From: Methanobacteriota archaeon | GTDB lineage: Archaea > Thermoplasmatota > Poseidoniia > Poseidoniales > Poseidoniaceae | Assembly (NCBI GenBank): GCA_002726495.1 | Contig: PBTH01000047.1 | Span: 1 to 60,972 of the forward strand | Length of the DNA stretch: 60,972 bases | Direction of reading: 5' to 3' | Shown: positions 20,793-29,647 of the stretch, in pieces | Layout: each line of letters starts with the position of its first letter | Numbering within the stretch: the stretch's first letter is position 1 | Position numbers and translations under genes: made by a program | The notes under the pieces: generated by a model | What the model was told of the DNA's origin: nothing | What the model saw: the letters and a program-made list of their open reading frames with translations, nothing else | Database searches by the model: none

Positions 20793-21071
20793 ATGGTCCT
20801 TCTGAACCTCTGGTCCTTGTCTCATCTGTTGATTTGGCTCTCAGCAGGACGTTGGACTACCCTTCGTTGGCCATTGTTTGTAGTGCTGTCACTCGCTTGG
20901 GAGTGTTTTGAATGGGCTATTGACGGTCAATCATGGGCTTCATTCGCTGTGGAGCCCCTTGAGAATAAAATCGCTGATGTTGTAGTGAATACCATAGGGT
21001 TCTGGATTGGTTCGCGATTGCGTATTGATTCAACGGACTCAGTTGTCCTCAGTACATCGTTCAAGAACTGA
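20793..21071 (+). CDS. Small multi-pass membrane hypothetical protein
   Basis: Hydrophobic 92-aa ORF with patterned polar residues (WSLSH...AWECFE...E..ENKIADVVVN..G). Confidence 0.65.
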   Translation: MVLLNLWSLSHLLIWLSAGRWTTLRWPLFVVLSLAWECFEWAIDGQSWASFAVEPLENKIADVVVNTIGFWIGSRLRIDSTDSVVLSTSFKN

Positions 21072-22056
21072 ACAGTCTTGCTTTGACTTTGCGCATGTTG
21101 AGCCGGACTCCAAGGAGTAGTTTACGCCATAGAGGAAGACGTACAGGGTGGCTGAATACATCTCCAGACCTACGAACAATTTCATTCAATATGGATTGAT
21201 ATGCATCAGACATGATTTGAGGCTGTACTCGTGCGCGTGCATCCAGGTATCCGAAGAGATGGTTTGCTGAAGAGCGATGTCGCTTTATCATCTCAACGTA
21301 TTCGATAATGAAGCCACGCCACGATGGCGATTTTGCAACATTCGTTTGATGCAAATCATGGATTGAGATATTGTGAGATGCGAGAATGTCCAAGGGTAGG
21401 TAGATTCGTCCACGCTCCATATCTTCGTTGATGTCTCTTAGGACATTGATAAGTTGCATTTGGATTCCTAAATCAACGGCATGAAGCCGTGCTGCTCTGT
21501 CTTCATATCCATAAATTTCAATCAAAATTAGGCCCACAGCGGATGCAACCTTGTAACAGTATGAGCGGAGTTCATCCCATGTTTTGTTTTGAACGGGGTA
21601 GAGGTCGTCTTCCATACCTTCTAGCACGGTCTCAAAGTCGTGAATTTTGATGGGAAACCTTGCGAAAACATCTTGCAAAGCGATGAAAATAGGATGGTCA
21701 CTGGAGGTGATTTCCTCGTCCTGGGCCTTCTTTATTTTAATTCGGATATCAACAAGGGCCATCAAGCGACGACGGTACTCATCTTCAGGTAGTGCCGGTT
21801 CCTTTCCAGCATGAATTTCACTGATGATGCGCTGTCGAGCATCGGTTGCTTTTCGCAGTGAGTTGGTTTCCAAAATAGAGGGCTCTTCGTCTCCATCTAC
21901 AATGTCGTCCACCCATCGGCACAAGGCATAGACCGCATGAACGGCTCTTCGCTTGTCATACTGAAGTGCTGAAAATGAAGAAAAGAAGGTCGTAGATGCC
22001 TCTCTGCATACCGACTCGCAGTAAGTGTAGGCATTGTCAACGAGAAGTTGTTTCAT
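21061..22056 (-). CDS. crtB: Phytoene/squalene synthase family protein (phytoene synthase)
   Basis: YALCRWVDDIVD, YCYKVASAVG, LGIQMQLINVLRDINED..RGRIYLP; directly downstream of crtI. Confidence 0.9.
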   Translation of the reverse strand: MKQLLVDNAYTYCESVCREASTTFFSSFSALQYDKRRAVHAVYALCRWVDDIVDGDEEPSILETNSLRKATDARQRIISEIHAGKEPALPEDEYRRRLMALVDIRIKIKKAQDEEITSSDHPIFIALQDVFARFPIKIHDFETVLEGMEDDLYPVQNKTWDELRSYCYKVASAVGLILIEIYGYEDRAARLHAVDLGIQMQLINVLRDINEDMERGRIYLPLDILASHNISIHDLHQTNVAKSPSWRGFIIEYVEMIKRHRSSANHLFGYLDARARVQPQIMSDAYQSILNEIVRRSGDVFSHPVRLPLWRKLLLGVRLNMRKVKARLFSS

Positions 22057-22065
22057 GTTGATTCC

Positions 22066-23679
22066 TCAAGCCGATGATGGTGCCCCAGTGACAGTTTCTT
22101 TTCGCTTTTGTTTGAGTGCGTTTCGACCTTCCTTTGATCGTTTCCGGCTTTCAAACCACGAGTCTACGCCGTTCCAATCAGGGATGATTCCAAGGCGGTC
22201 AAGGATTAGTTTGCTACTGATTCGAGCGGATTCGTAGATGACGGGAAGCCCGCTTCCCGGATGGGTGCCTCCACCAACGAGGTAAAGATTTTTGATTTCA
22301 TCAAACTGGTTTTTTGGACGTCGCCAGAGCATTTGATCCAGGCCGTGAGCAAGGTTGAATACAGCCCCTCTGTAACAGTGGTCGCCCCAATCTTCGGGGG
22401 TGATGATGAGTTCAGTTTGGATGTGGTCTCGGAGGTTTCCAAATCCGAGTTTGGTTTCAATTTGGTCGATAATGCGATCGCGGTAGGCACTCTTCTCATC
22501 GTCCCAGTTGATGTTTTCGTGAATGTGAGAAACGGGGACAAGGGCGTAGATGGTGGAACATCCTTCAGGAGCAAGACCCGGGTCGGTAACACATGCGTTT
22601 TGAACATATACAGAGGGGTCATCCCATGTAAGCCTGTGATGATTTTCAATGTCTTCAAGATTTGATTCGTAATTTTCGGAAGCGTAAATTTGGTGGTGTG
22701 GTAAATTGTCAAAGGTCTTGTCAACTCCGAGATAAAGCATGAAGGTTGAACAAGAGTATTTTTTCGTGTCCAATTTCTTATTGCTCCATTTTTTACGCAC
22801 ATTGTCAGGGAATAATTGAGTCATTCCGTTTGCAAAATCAGCATTCATAATGACTTTGTCCGCCATGAAGTCACCTTGTTTTGTGGTCACTCCTTTGATG
22901 GTTTTACCTTCCATAATCACTTTCTGAACTTCTTCTTCCATGCGGAAGGTAACACCCAGGTCACGTGCGATTTCGGCCATTCGTTCGCTGACGCTACCGA
23001 GGCCTCCAATCGGATGAAAAATACCATATTCGTATTCGAGATATGCCAGCATTGTGAACAAGCTGGGGCAATTGAAAGGTGACATTCCGAGGTACTTCGT
23101 TTGAAAGGACATAGCAAGCATGAGGCGGTCATCATCAAACAGTTTCATCAAGTCTTTCGCAACACTTCGATGAGGGCGAAGCACGCTCGATACACGAATT
23201 GCGCGCTTGCTCAGAAGGTCGGTTGGACCGTACCAAGGCTCTTGTAGGCAAGCTTTTGACTTGTTGAGTTTGTTACTGTTGTCTTCAACATAGCGTTGGA
23301 AAGCGCTCGCGTTGCTGTCTCCCGAGAGGGTTCGGATTCGTTCAGTCATTTCATCAAGGTCACTGGTGCAGTCCAGTTGCCCACCTTGGCCGAATATTAG
23401 ACGGTAATTCATATCGAGTTTGTGGAGTTTAAGTTCTTCATGAGCATCCATCCCGATGGCTTTGAAAATGTCTTCAATGACCTCTGGATAGTGAAAGAAG
23501 GTTGGACCGAGGTCAAACTTATATCCGTCTCGCTCAAACACTTTATTTCGTCCACCAACAGCCTTTGAGCGTTCAAACACGGTTACATCTACACCGGATT
23601 TCGCAAGAAGAAGGGATGATGCAAGACCCCCAGGGCCAGCGCCAATAATAGCCACCTTTGGTCGCACGCTGGTCGTCAT
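22066..23679 (-). CDS. crtI: Phytoene desaturase (CrtI/CrtN family)
   Basis: FAD-binding GAGPGGLA...VGGR, FDLGPT, SCSTFMLYLG, and C-terminal NLYLVGGGTHPGSGLP. Confidence 0.92.
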   Translation of the reverse strand: MTTSVRPKVAIIGAGPGGLASSLLLAKSGVDVTVFERSKAVGGRNKVFERDGYKFDLGPTFFHYPEVIEDIFKAIGMDAHEELKLHKLDMNYRLIFGQGGQLDCTSDLDEMTERIRTLSGDSNASAFQRYVEDNSNKLNKSKACLQEPWYGPTDLLSKRAIRVSSVLRPHRSVAKDLMKLFDDDRLMLAMSFQTKYLGMSPFNCPSLFTMLAYLEYEYGIFHPIGGLGSVSERMAEIARDLGVTFRMEEEVQKVIMEGKTIKGVTTKQGDFMADKVIMNADFANGMTQLFPDNVRKKWSNKKLDTKKYSCSTFMLYLGVDKTFDNLPHHQIYASENYESNLEDIENHHRLTWDDPSVYVQNACVTDPGLAPEGCSTIYALVPVSHIHENINWDDEKSAYRDRIIDQIETKLGFGNLRDHIQTELIITPEDWGDHCYRGAVFNLAHGLDQMLWRRPKNQFDEIKNLYLVGGGTHPGSGLPVIYESARISSKLILDRLGIIPDWNGVDSWFESRKRSKEGRNALKQKRKETVTGAPSSA

Positions 23680-23701
23680 ATTCCTCGTGGAGGTGATTGG
23701 A

Positions 23702-23709
23702 CATATAAA
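23702..23709 (-). promoter_or_regulatory. Putative archaeal TATA box of crtI-crtB
   Basis: Minus strand reads TTTATATG, ending 23 nt upstream of the crtI ATG (23679), with an A-rich BRE-like stretch further upstream. Confidence 0.6.
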
Positions 23710-23771
23710 GGGAGGTTTTTACTCGCAAAGATTTACCTTCAAAAAATAACACATGGGCGGCAATAAAAGGA

Positions 23772-25001
23772 CTACTTGATGATACTGTTCGGGTCAATAA
23801 GGACTGAGAATTCATCCAAATATGGCCCCATTGAACTGATCAGATCAACTTGAGGGTGTCCCTTGAGTACCATGCCATCCATGTACATCAAGGAGCGGAT
23901 GATTGGAAAGGCCTCTTCGCCGAAGGAACATCCTGCTAACACTGCAGCCTTCACGGTTTTCATCATTTGTTCCGTCAAAGAAACTTCGCTGACCGAGGTT
24001 CCTACGAACCCGTCATACAAAGCCCCCATTGAATCATAATATGTTTGAAGCGTTTTTCCTGTTGGCTGAACATCAGCCATGGTCAGCATGGCGTCGTAAG
24101 CGTTTCGCAATTCACCCTTTGCCAAGAAGTAAAAGAAACCAAACAAAGCATTGCGAACATGGTCTGGAGCGTTGCATATTGCACCGGTGTCAATGAAGAT
24201 GAAGTTCCCCTCATCGTCCATCATTGCATTGCCTGGGTGGAGGTCTCCGTGAAAGGTTCCGATTCCAAACATAAACGCCCCATGTATTCGAAACAGTTCA
24301 AGCATATCTGGCCAACTTAATGTGCCCTTTTCGAGGTGTTGCTCAAGGGTTGGATGGGTGATTTCTTCCATGACCAAAACATGACTATTGGAAAGTTCCT
24401 GCCACATTTTTGGAAATTTTAGTTTCGGCATGGGGAAATGAATCTCAATTTCATTTGCCTTTTCAATGAGGTTATTGCGCCCAGATATCTCATTTGTAAG
24501 ATTTAACTCACGTAGTGTATAATCTTCAATGTGAGCTAAAAGACCAATTGGGTTGCCCACTTTTCTGAGCTTTCTACGGAAGAAAAGGCCAATGGTAATC
24601 CAACGCTTCATTCTACGGACATCCCGCTTGAACGATTCTTCAAAATCAGCCTTGATAATTTTCACAACAACTTTGGTGCCGTCTTTGAGTACACCACGGT
24701 GAATTTGACCGATACTCGCTGCTGCAAACGGCTCTTTTTCCAATGATTCAAAATTACCAATGAACCCTTCGGGTGCAAAGCGTTCGAGTAACTTCTGTGA
24801 ATCCTCTGTAGGAATAGTCGCTCCTCTGCTGTACAACTGTTGTAATTCAATGCAACGTTCAGGTTCGATTAGATCTGGCCGTAGGGCAAAAATTTGGCCC
24901 AATTTTACCGCCAAAAGGCCCATGGATTGGATCTTGTTAACATCCACGGGTTTTTTGCCTTTCAACTGACGAAAGAAACGAAGGAACGTCAGCAATTTCA
25001 T
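23772..25001 (-). CDS. UbiB/ABC1/AarF family atypical kinase/ATPase
   Basis: KxGQ motif (VKLGQIFALRPDL), FAAASIGQIHR, VVKI, FHGDLHPGN, FIDTG. Confidence 0.9.
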   Translation of the reverse strand: MKLLTFLRFFRQLKGKKPVDVNKIQSMGLLAVKLGQIFALRPDLIEPERCIELQQLYSRGATIPTEDSQKLLERFAPEGFIGNFESLEKEPFAAASIGQIHRGVLKDGTKVVVKIIKADFEESFKRDVRRMKRWITIGLFFRRKLRKVGNPIGLLAHIEDYTLRELNLTNEISGRNNLIEKANEIEIHFPMPKLKFPKMWQELSNSHVLVMEEITHPTLEQHLEKGTLSWPDMLELFRIHGAFMFGIGTFHGDLHPGNAMMDDEGNFIFIDTGAICNAPDHVRNALFGFFYFLAKGELRNAYDAMLTMADVQPTGKTLQTYYDSMGALYDGFVGTSVSEVSLTEQMMKTVKAAVLAGCSFGEEAFPIIRSLMYMDGMVLKGHPQVDLISSMGPYLDEFSVLIDPNSIIK

Positions 25002-25018
25002 TGTCGCTCCTTCCTTGT

Positions 25019-26419
25019 TTAGTCGACCAGCTCAATGGCCTTGAGCTCATGGCGATGAATTAGGTAATGCCACAGGTTATCGGGTGTTCCTTCACCTTCA
25101 GTTCGCTGAATGACAATATTAGCATCTTTTGTGAATCGAGTTGAGAGTGCGCCCTCGATAATCCCATCGTCCATCTCCCACATAGGTAGCGCATCAGGGT
25201 CTGAGACCGGTGGATGGTTCAATCCTACAATCACATGGAATTGAGGGTCTACATCGTACTGTAACATGCCGAGCCCAGCGTGCTCCCACCAATCCATCAT
25301 TTCGTCCAAGAACTCAATGTCATTATCTATAGAGCGTAGGGAGAAAGCGATTTCCCGACCGACACGATTTCCAATCTGGCGTAGCATGCGTCCCAAATCT
25401 ATTCCCAAGACTTTCAAATTCGATAACTTACCTTCCGTCAGTCTCTTGCGAGCTTCATTAACTTCCTTACCCGCAGCGAAGAAAGCATCAGGGTCAAACG
25501 GAGTATCCTCATTAGGCAATTCTCCGTCAAATCCGAGCGCAACTGATACATTCTTCAAGAATGAACCTTCTCCAATCGTCAACCTTAATGGGTCGTTGAT
25601 TTGGTTTTCAGTAAACCTTGCACGAGCTGTTTCCAAGGGCACAGCGGCTTCCCATATGGCATCGATCAGGTGAAGATGTGCTTGAGAAAAGGGTGATGAC
25701 TCAATGATCAGAGCCGCATCTTCCTTTCCACGTCCTACTGGGTTGTCTTCAATGTTAAGGTATTGAATCACTTCAGATTGGTCTTGAACAAAGCCGAGGG
25801 AGTCCAATTCGTCGGAGTGACGTACCTCAATACTCGTATCCAATTTTTCAAAGAATCTGAGAGTACGTCCGTCCAAGTGTGTGATGATTTGTACGACTAC
25901 TCCACGTACAGCAGCCGTATTAACTGCCTCAAGAGCGTCAGGATTTCTACAGAGGTGCAATATTCCAAACTGGCCGAGAAGGAGAATCAGTCGTTCTTCA
26001 GACTCATTAGCCATCTTTTGTAGCCGGTTGTAAATGTGTGTACGTTCTTTGAGTACGGCAAACCGTGGGTCATCTAAATCCCGACGTTGCTTCTCATAGG
26101 ATGCATCGGTTTCGGTGATTCCTTGGGAAAGGTCTTCAAATCCACCTACGAGTCTGTCGAGTTGTTGTTTCCTCGATTGAATGATATGTTCCATGGCCTC
26201 GTTTACTCTGAGGCTCGAGAAAAGCATCGGGCGGTCTGCTGTTGCAGTAACGATTCCCATTTCTTGCAAACGAGAGAGGCTATTATAAGCGTCCAAACGA
26301 GTTGTATTGAGCTCTTTTGCAAGTTCGGATGCCTTCATTTTTGGTCTTGAGCCCAGAATAAGGATGGATCGGACCTCACGTTCATTGAGACCTGCTTCAA
26401 GGAGTAATTCTTCCCACAT
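25019..26419 (-). CDS. TrmB-family transcriptional regulator with additional C-terminal (V4R-like) domain
   Basis: N-terminal TrmB wHTH (GLNERE...ASELAKELNTTRLDAYNSLSRLQEMGIV....RP..F), coiled coil, TrmB effector/PLD-like domain (RGVVVQII...IEVRH...WEAAVP), then about 190 extra aa with L..IG..VG..IA / W...GLG / GIIEGAL pattern. Confidence 0.8.
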   Translation of the reverse strand: MWEELLLEAGLNEREVRSILILGSRPKMKASELAKELNTTRLDAYNSLSRLQEMGIVTATADRPMLFSSLRVNEAMEHIIQSRKQQLDRLVGGFEDLSQGITETDASYEKQRRDLDDPRFAVLKERTHIYNRLQKMANESEERLILLLGQFGILHLCRNPDALEAVNTAAVRGVVVQIITHLDGRTLRFFEKLDTSIEVRHSDELDSLGFVQDQSEVIQYLNIEDNPVGRGKEDAALIIESSPFSQAHLHLIDAIWEAAVPLETARARFTENQINDPLRLTIGEGSFLKNVSVALGFDGELPNEDTPFDPDAFFAAGKEVNEARKRLTEGKLSNLKVLGIDLGRMLRQIGNRVGREIAFSLRSIDNDIEFLDEMMDWWEHAGLGMLQYDVDPQFHVIVGLNHPPVSDPDALPMWEMDDGIIEGALSTRFTKDANIVIQRTEGEGTPDNLWHYLIHRHELKAIELVD

Positions 26420-26420
26420 T

Positions 26421-26888
26421 TCAAGCGCCTCCAGTAACCTTTGAGATATCGGCCAAAATTTTCGCTACGTGGCGACGTGGACGAAACAACCAATCGTACA
26501 CATAGTGAATCGTGTTGTCAGGGCCAATAAGGAACGATGATTTTGCCGGGAATTGGCCTAGATGCATTGGTACGTTGTACATGACGCCAACAGCTCGTTC
26601 AGGGTCAGCTAGCAACGGGAAGGGTAGATCGCCGAGCCCCAATTTGAATGAGGCCTGTTCTTCTACGGTGCCAGGTCCAATGCCAACAATTGAGCAGCCC
26701 GCAGACTGGAAGAGGTCATGTTGTTGCTTGAAGGTGAGGCATCCGCGCTTGCAGGTCGGGGAGTTGTGTCTGGAATAGAAGAATATCACACGCCAAGTTC
26801 CGTCGAGCGAGGTACTGTCAAAGAACTCACCAGTATCGGTTTCAAGTTTGAAAGATGGCGCTGCTTGTCCTACGAGATTGATTTTCAT
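26421..26888 (-). CDS. Peroxiredoxin (Bcp/PrxQ)-fold protein with atypical active site
   Basis: G..AP.F.L, IFFY, SIVGI, FPLLADP, FLIG; active-site region reads YSRHNSPTCKRGC. Confidence 0.8.
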   Translation of the reverse strand: MKINLVGQAAPSFKLETDTGEFFDSTSLDGTWRVIFFYSRHNSPTCKRGCLTFKQQHDLFQSAGCSIVGIGPGTVEEQASFKLGLGDLPFPLLADPERAVGVMYNVPMHLGQFPAKSSFLIGPDNTIHYVYDWLFRPRRHVAKILADISKVTGGA

Positions 26889-26897
26889 ACTAATTCC

Positions 26898-27509
26898 TCA
26901 GACCGGTAGAATGTGGCCCATGCGAGACGCCTTGGTCCGCAGGTATGAACGATTCTGTGCACATTGCCCAACAATCAAGGGCACTCTGGTTTTTACATTG
27001 ATGCCATATTGGAGCAACTGCGCTTCCTTGTCGGGATTATTTGTAATCAAATCGATTGATTCAACGCCCATGGTGTACAACATCTCAGCAGCGAAGTCAT
27101 AGGTTCGCCCGTCCGCAGGCAAACCGAGAGCGAGGTTCGCATCCAACGTATCGTATCCCTCATCTTGCAGAGCATAGGCTTGCATCTTGGAATAGAGACC
27201 GATTCCTCGACCTTCTTGACGTAGGTAGACTATAGCTCCGTTTCCGGCTTCTTGTACAGCTTTCATAGAGGCATGCAATTGTGGCCCACAGTCGCATCTC
27301 AAGGAGCCGAAGGCATCTCCAGTCAAACACTCGGAGTGCATCCGCACGAGAGGTGTGCCTTGGGAAAGGTCGCCCACATAGAGGACTGAATGCTCCTTAC
27401 CGGTATGGGGGTCGCGAAACGCCCTGATGCGGAATTCGCCGTGCTCGGTAGGTAGGATCGCATCAGCTTCTGGGTTTTTGACTACAGGTGTTTGGCTTGG
27501 TGGCTGCAT
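26898..27509 (-). CDS. ribA: GTP cyclohydrolase II
   Basis: RMHSECLTGDAFGSLRCDCG, YLRQEGRGIGL, LITNNPDK, YLRTKASRMGH. Confidence 0.95.
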   Translation of the reverse strand: MQPPSQTPVVKNPEADAILPTEHGEFRIRAFRDPHTGKEHSVLYVGDLSQGTPLVRMHSECLTGDAFGSLRCDCGPQLHASMKAVQEAGNGAIVYLRQEGRGIGLYSKMQAYALQDEGYDTLDANLALGLPADGRTYDFAAEMLYTMGVESIDLITNNPDKEAQLLQYGINVKTRVPLIVGQCAQNRSYLRTKASRMGHILPV

Positions 27510-27531
27510 GTTAGAAAAATCAACATTTTCT

Positions 27532-27539
27532 CATATAAA
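27532..27539 (-). promoter_or_regulatory. Putative archaeal TATA box of ribA-prx-trmB-ubiB unit
   Basis: Minus strand reads TTTATATG, ending 23 nt upstream of the ribA ATG (27509): same octamer and spacing as upstream of crtI. Confidence 0.6.
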
Positions 27540-27583
27540 CCCCTGTTCGTATCCGGCATAGGGTCTAAACGGTTCTTGATATA

Positions 27584-28093
27584 GTGAAAGAAGAACTTTT
27601 GACCATGGGCGGCTTAATCTGTGACCTGGGTGTTGCTGCTCGTGTGGTCACTGACAACAGGGTTCTCCTCGTTCAAGAGGCCCGAGGAAAGTACTCTGGG
27701 TGTTGGGGCCTCCCTAAAGGATACGTGGACGAGGGAGAGAGTCCTGAGCAAGCCGTCCTAAGAGAACTGCGTGAAGAAACAAACCTAGACGGCTCGGTGA
27801 TCGGACTCGCTGCTGTTCGCACTGCACTCAGGAAAGACTGTCCAGCCATCTTCTTGTGTTACGATGTATCTGCTGCGCCTTCTGCCCTTCTTCGAAAATC
27901 AGAAGAGATTTCAGCCGCAGGTTGGTACACGCTGAGCGAAGTAGGACAACTGGACTGGGTCTCAGAAACCATGCAACAACTTGCAATAGAGGGTCTTAGG
28001 CACCGAAAAACAATGAAACCATCTCACAGCCTCACGACTCGCCAAACACCCTACGCTGTTTACAGTACTTCACACAAGGGGGGCTTGCAATGA
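27584..28093 (+). CDS. Nudix hydrolase
   Basis: Nudix box WGLPKGYVDEGESPEQAVLRELREETNL. GTG start (alternative ATG at 27605). Confidence 0.9.
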   Translation: MKEELLTMGGLICDLGVAARVVTDNRVLLVQEARGKYSGCWGLPKGYVDEGESPEQAVLRELREETNLDGSVIGLAAVRTALRKDCPAIFLCYDVSAAPSALLRKSEEISAAGWYTLSEVGQLDWVSETMQQLAIEGLRHRKTMKPSHSLTTRQTPYAVYSTSHKGGLQ

Positions 28094-29634
28094 TTCCGCC
28101 CAGTCGGCTTAACGTCCACGGTGCAGTCAACTCTTCGGGGAACTTCATTGTCTACTGGATGACATCAGCCCGCAGAGCACATTGGAATCATGCTCTTGAG
28201 CATGCAATAGATCTTGCAAATCAACATCAACAGCCTCTCGTCGTCATCGAGTGCTTGGCCCTCAATCATCGATGGGCAAATGACCGAATCTCGACGTTCG
28301 TGCTTCAAGGAATGATCGATAACCGTGCGGCGTTTGCCCAAACAGGAGCCACCTACATTCCGTATGTTGAAACCCGCCCAAAGGAAGCTTCAGGTTTGCT
28401 TGAAGTATGGCTTGGTCAGGCAACAGCTTGCGTCATTGATGACTTTCCAACCTATTATCCAAGGTATGTCTTGGAAACTGCGCTAAAATTCAAAACTTGC
28501 GAACTTCATGTTGTTGATTCCAATGGTTTTATGGCCATGCGTGCTCAAGGGAGAGATTTCAAAACCGCTTACTCACTCCGTCGTCATCTGCACAAAACCA
28601 TACTTGAGCACATGCATGAATTCCCGCTTGCCAATCCCTTGGACAATGCAAAAGACTTGCCAATGATTGATGCGACCCTAATTGAGGGTATTTTTGCTAA
28701 GAGCAACACCCCCCTCACGCCCTATGAGTATTTGTGGAGAGTCTCTGAAGGGGGCGATGTTGGTAAGGCTGCCCTTTCCAAACTGAATATTGATCATACT
28801 GTTCCGCCTGTCCTAACCAAGAAGGGCGGCAGCGTGGAAGCTCGCCGGCGATGGAAAGAGTTCCTTGCTCGCCGGCTCGTCAACTACAAGGAAATGCGCA
28901 ATCAACCTCAAGAAAACGGGGCAAGCGGAATTTCACCATGGCTTCATTTCGGCCATATTGGCATCCACCAAATCCTCAACGAAATTTTCACAGCATACCG
29001 TTGGGATGTTTCGATGGTAACTCTGCCAAATAACGGACGAAGGCAAGGCTGGTGGGGATTGCCTGAGCCGGTTGAAGCCTTCCTTGATCAGGTCATCACA
29101 TGGAGGGACATAGGGTTCATTCATTGCTCAATGATACCCGACCACACCGAATATTCATCACTTCCACAATGGGCACAAAAAACCCTCGCAGAACATTCTC
29201 AGGACCCCCGTTCCTATGTTTATACCTTTGAGCAATTTGAGCAAGCTCAAACTCACGACCCCTTGTGGAATGCGGCGCAGCAGCAACTAAGGCAAGAAGG
29301 AATCATACACAATTACCTCCGAATGCTCTGGGGAAAGAAAATTTTGGAATGGTCACCTGACTCACAAACCGCCATGGAATGGATGATTGCAATCAATGAC
29401 CGTTGGGCTCTGGATGGAAGGGATCCGAATTCATACACTGGAATTGGATGGGTTATGGGTAAATTTGACAGAGGATGGACTGAGCGTGAGGTTTATGGAA
29501 AGATTCGCTGCATGACAACGGCGTCCACGATGAGAAAATTCAAGACCAAAGATTACATTGAGAAATACAGTAAAGACTCAACGAAGCAAACGGTCTTGGG
29601 TTCAGGGCCGTCACTTTACACTGCTCACCAATAA
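28090..29634 (+). CDS. phr: Class II CPD DNA photolyase
   Basis: IVYWM...R...NHAL, SGISPWLHFGHI, and class II C-terminal signature HNYLRMLWGKKILEW...INDRWALDGRDPNSYTGIGW..G.FDRGW.ER.VYGKIRCM. Confidence 0.92.
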   Translation: MIPPSRLNVHGAVNSSGNFIVYWMTSARRAHWNHALEHAIDLANQHQQPLVVIECLALNHRWANDRISTFVLQGMIDNRAAFAQTGATYIPYVETRPKEASGLLEVWLGQATACVIDDFPTYYPRYVLETALKFKTCELHVVDSNGFMAMRAQGRDFKTAYSLRRHLHKTILEHMHEFPLANPLDNAKDLPMIDATLIEGIFAKSNTPLTPYEYLWRVSEGGDVGKAALSKLNIDHTVPPVLTKKGGSVEARRRWKEFLARRLVNYKEMRNQPQENGASGISPWLHFGHIGIHQILNEIFTAYRWDVSMVTLPNNGRRQGWWGLPEPVEAFLDQVITWRDIGFIHCSMIPDHTEYSSLPQWAQKTLAEHSQDPRSYVYTFEQFEQAQTHDPLWNAAQQQLRQEGIIHNYLRMLWGKKILEWSPDSQTAMEWMIAINDRWALDGRDPNSYTGIGWVMGKFDRGWTEREVYGKIRCMTTASTMRKFKTKDYIEKYSKDSTKQTVLGSGPSLYTAHQ

Positions 29635-29647
29635 AGAGAGGACTCCC

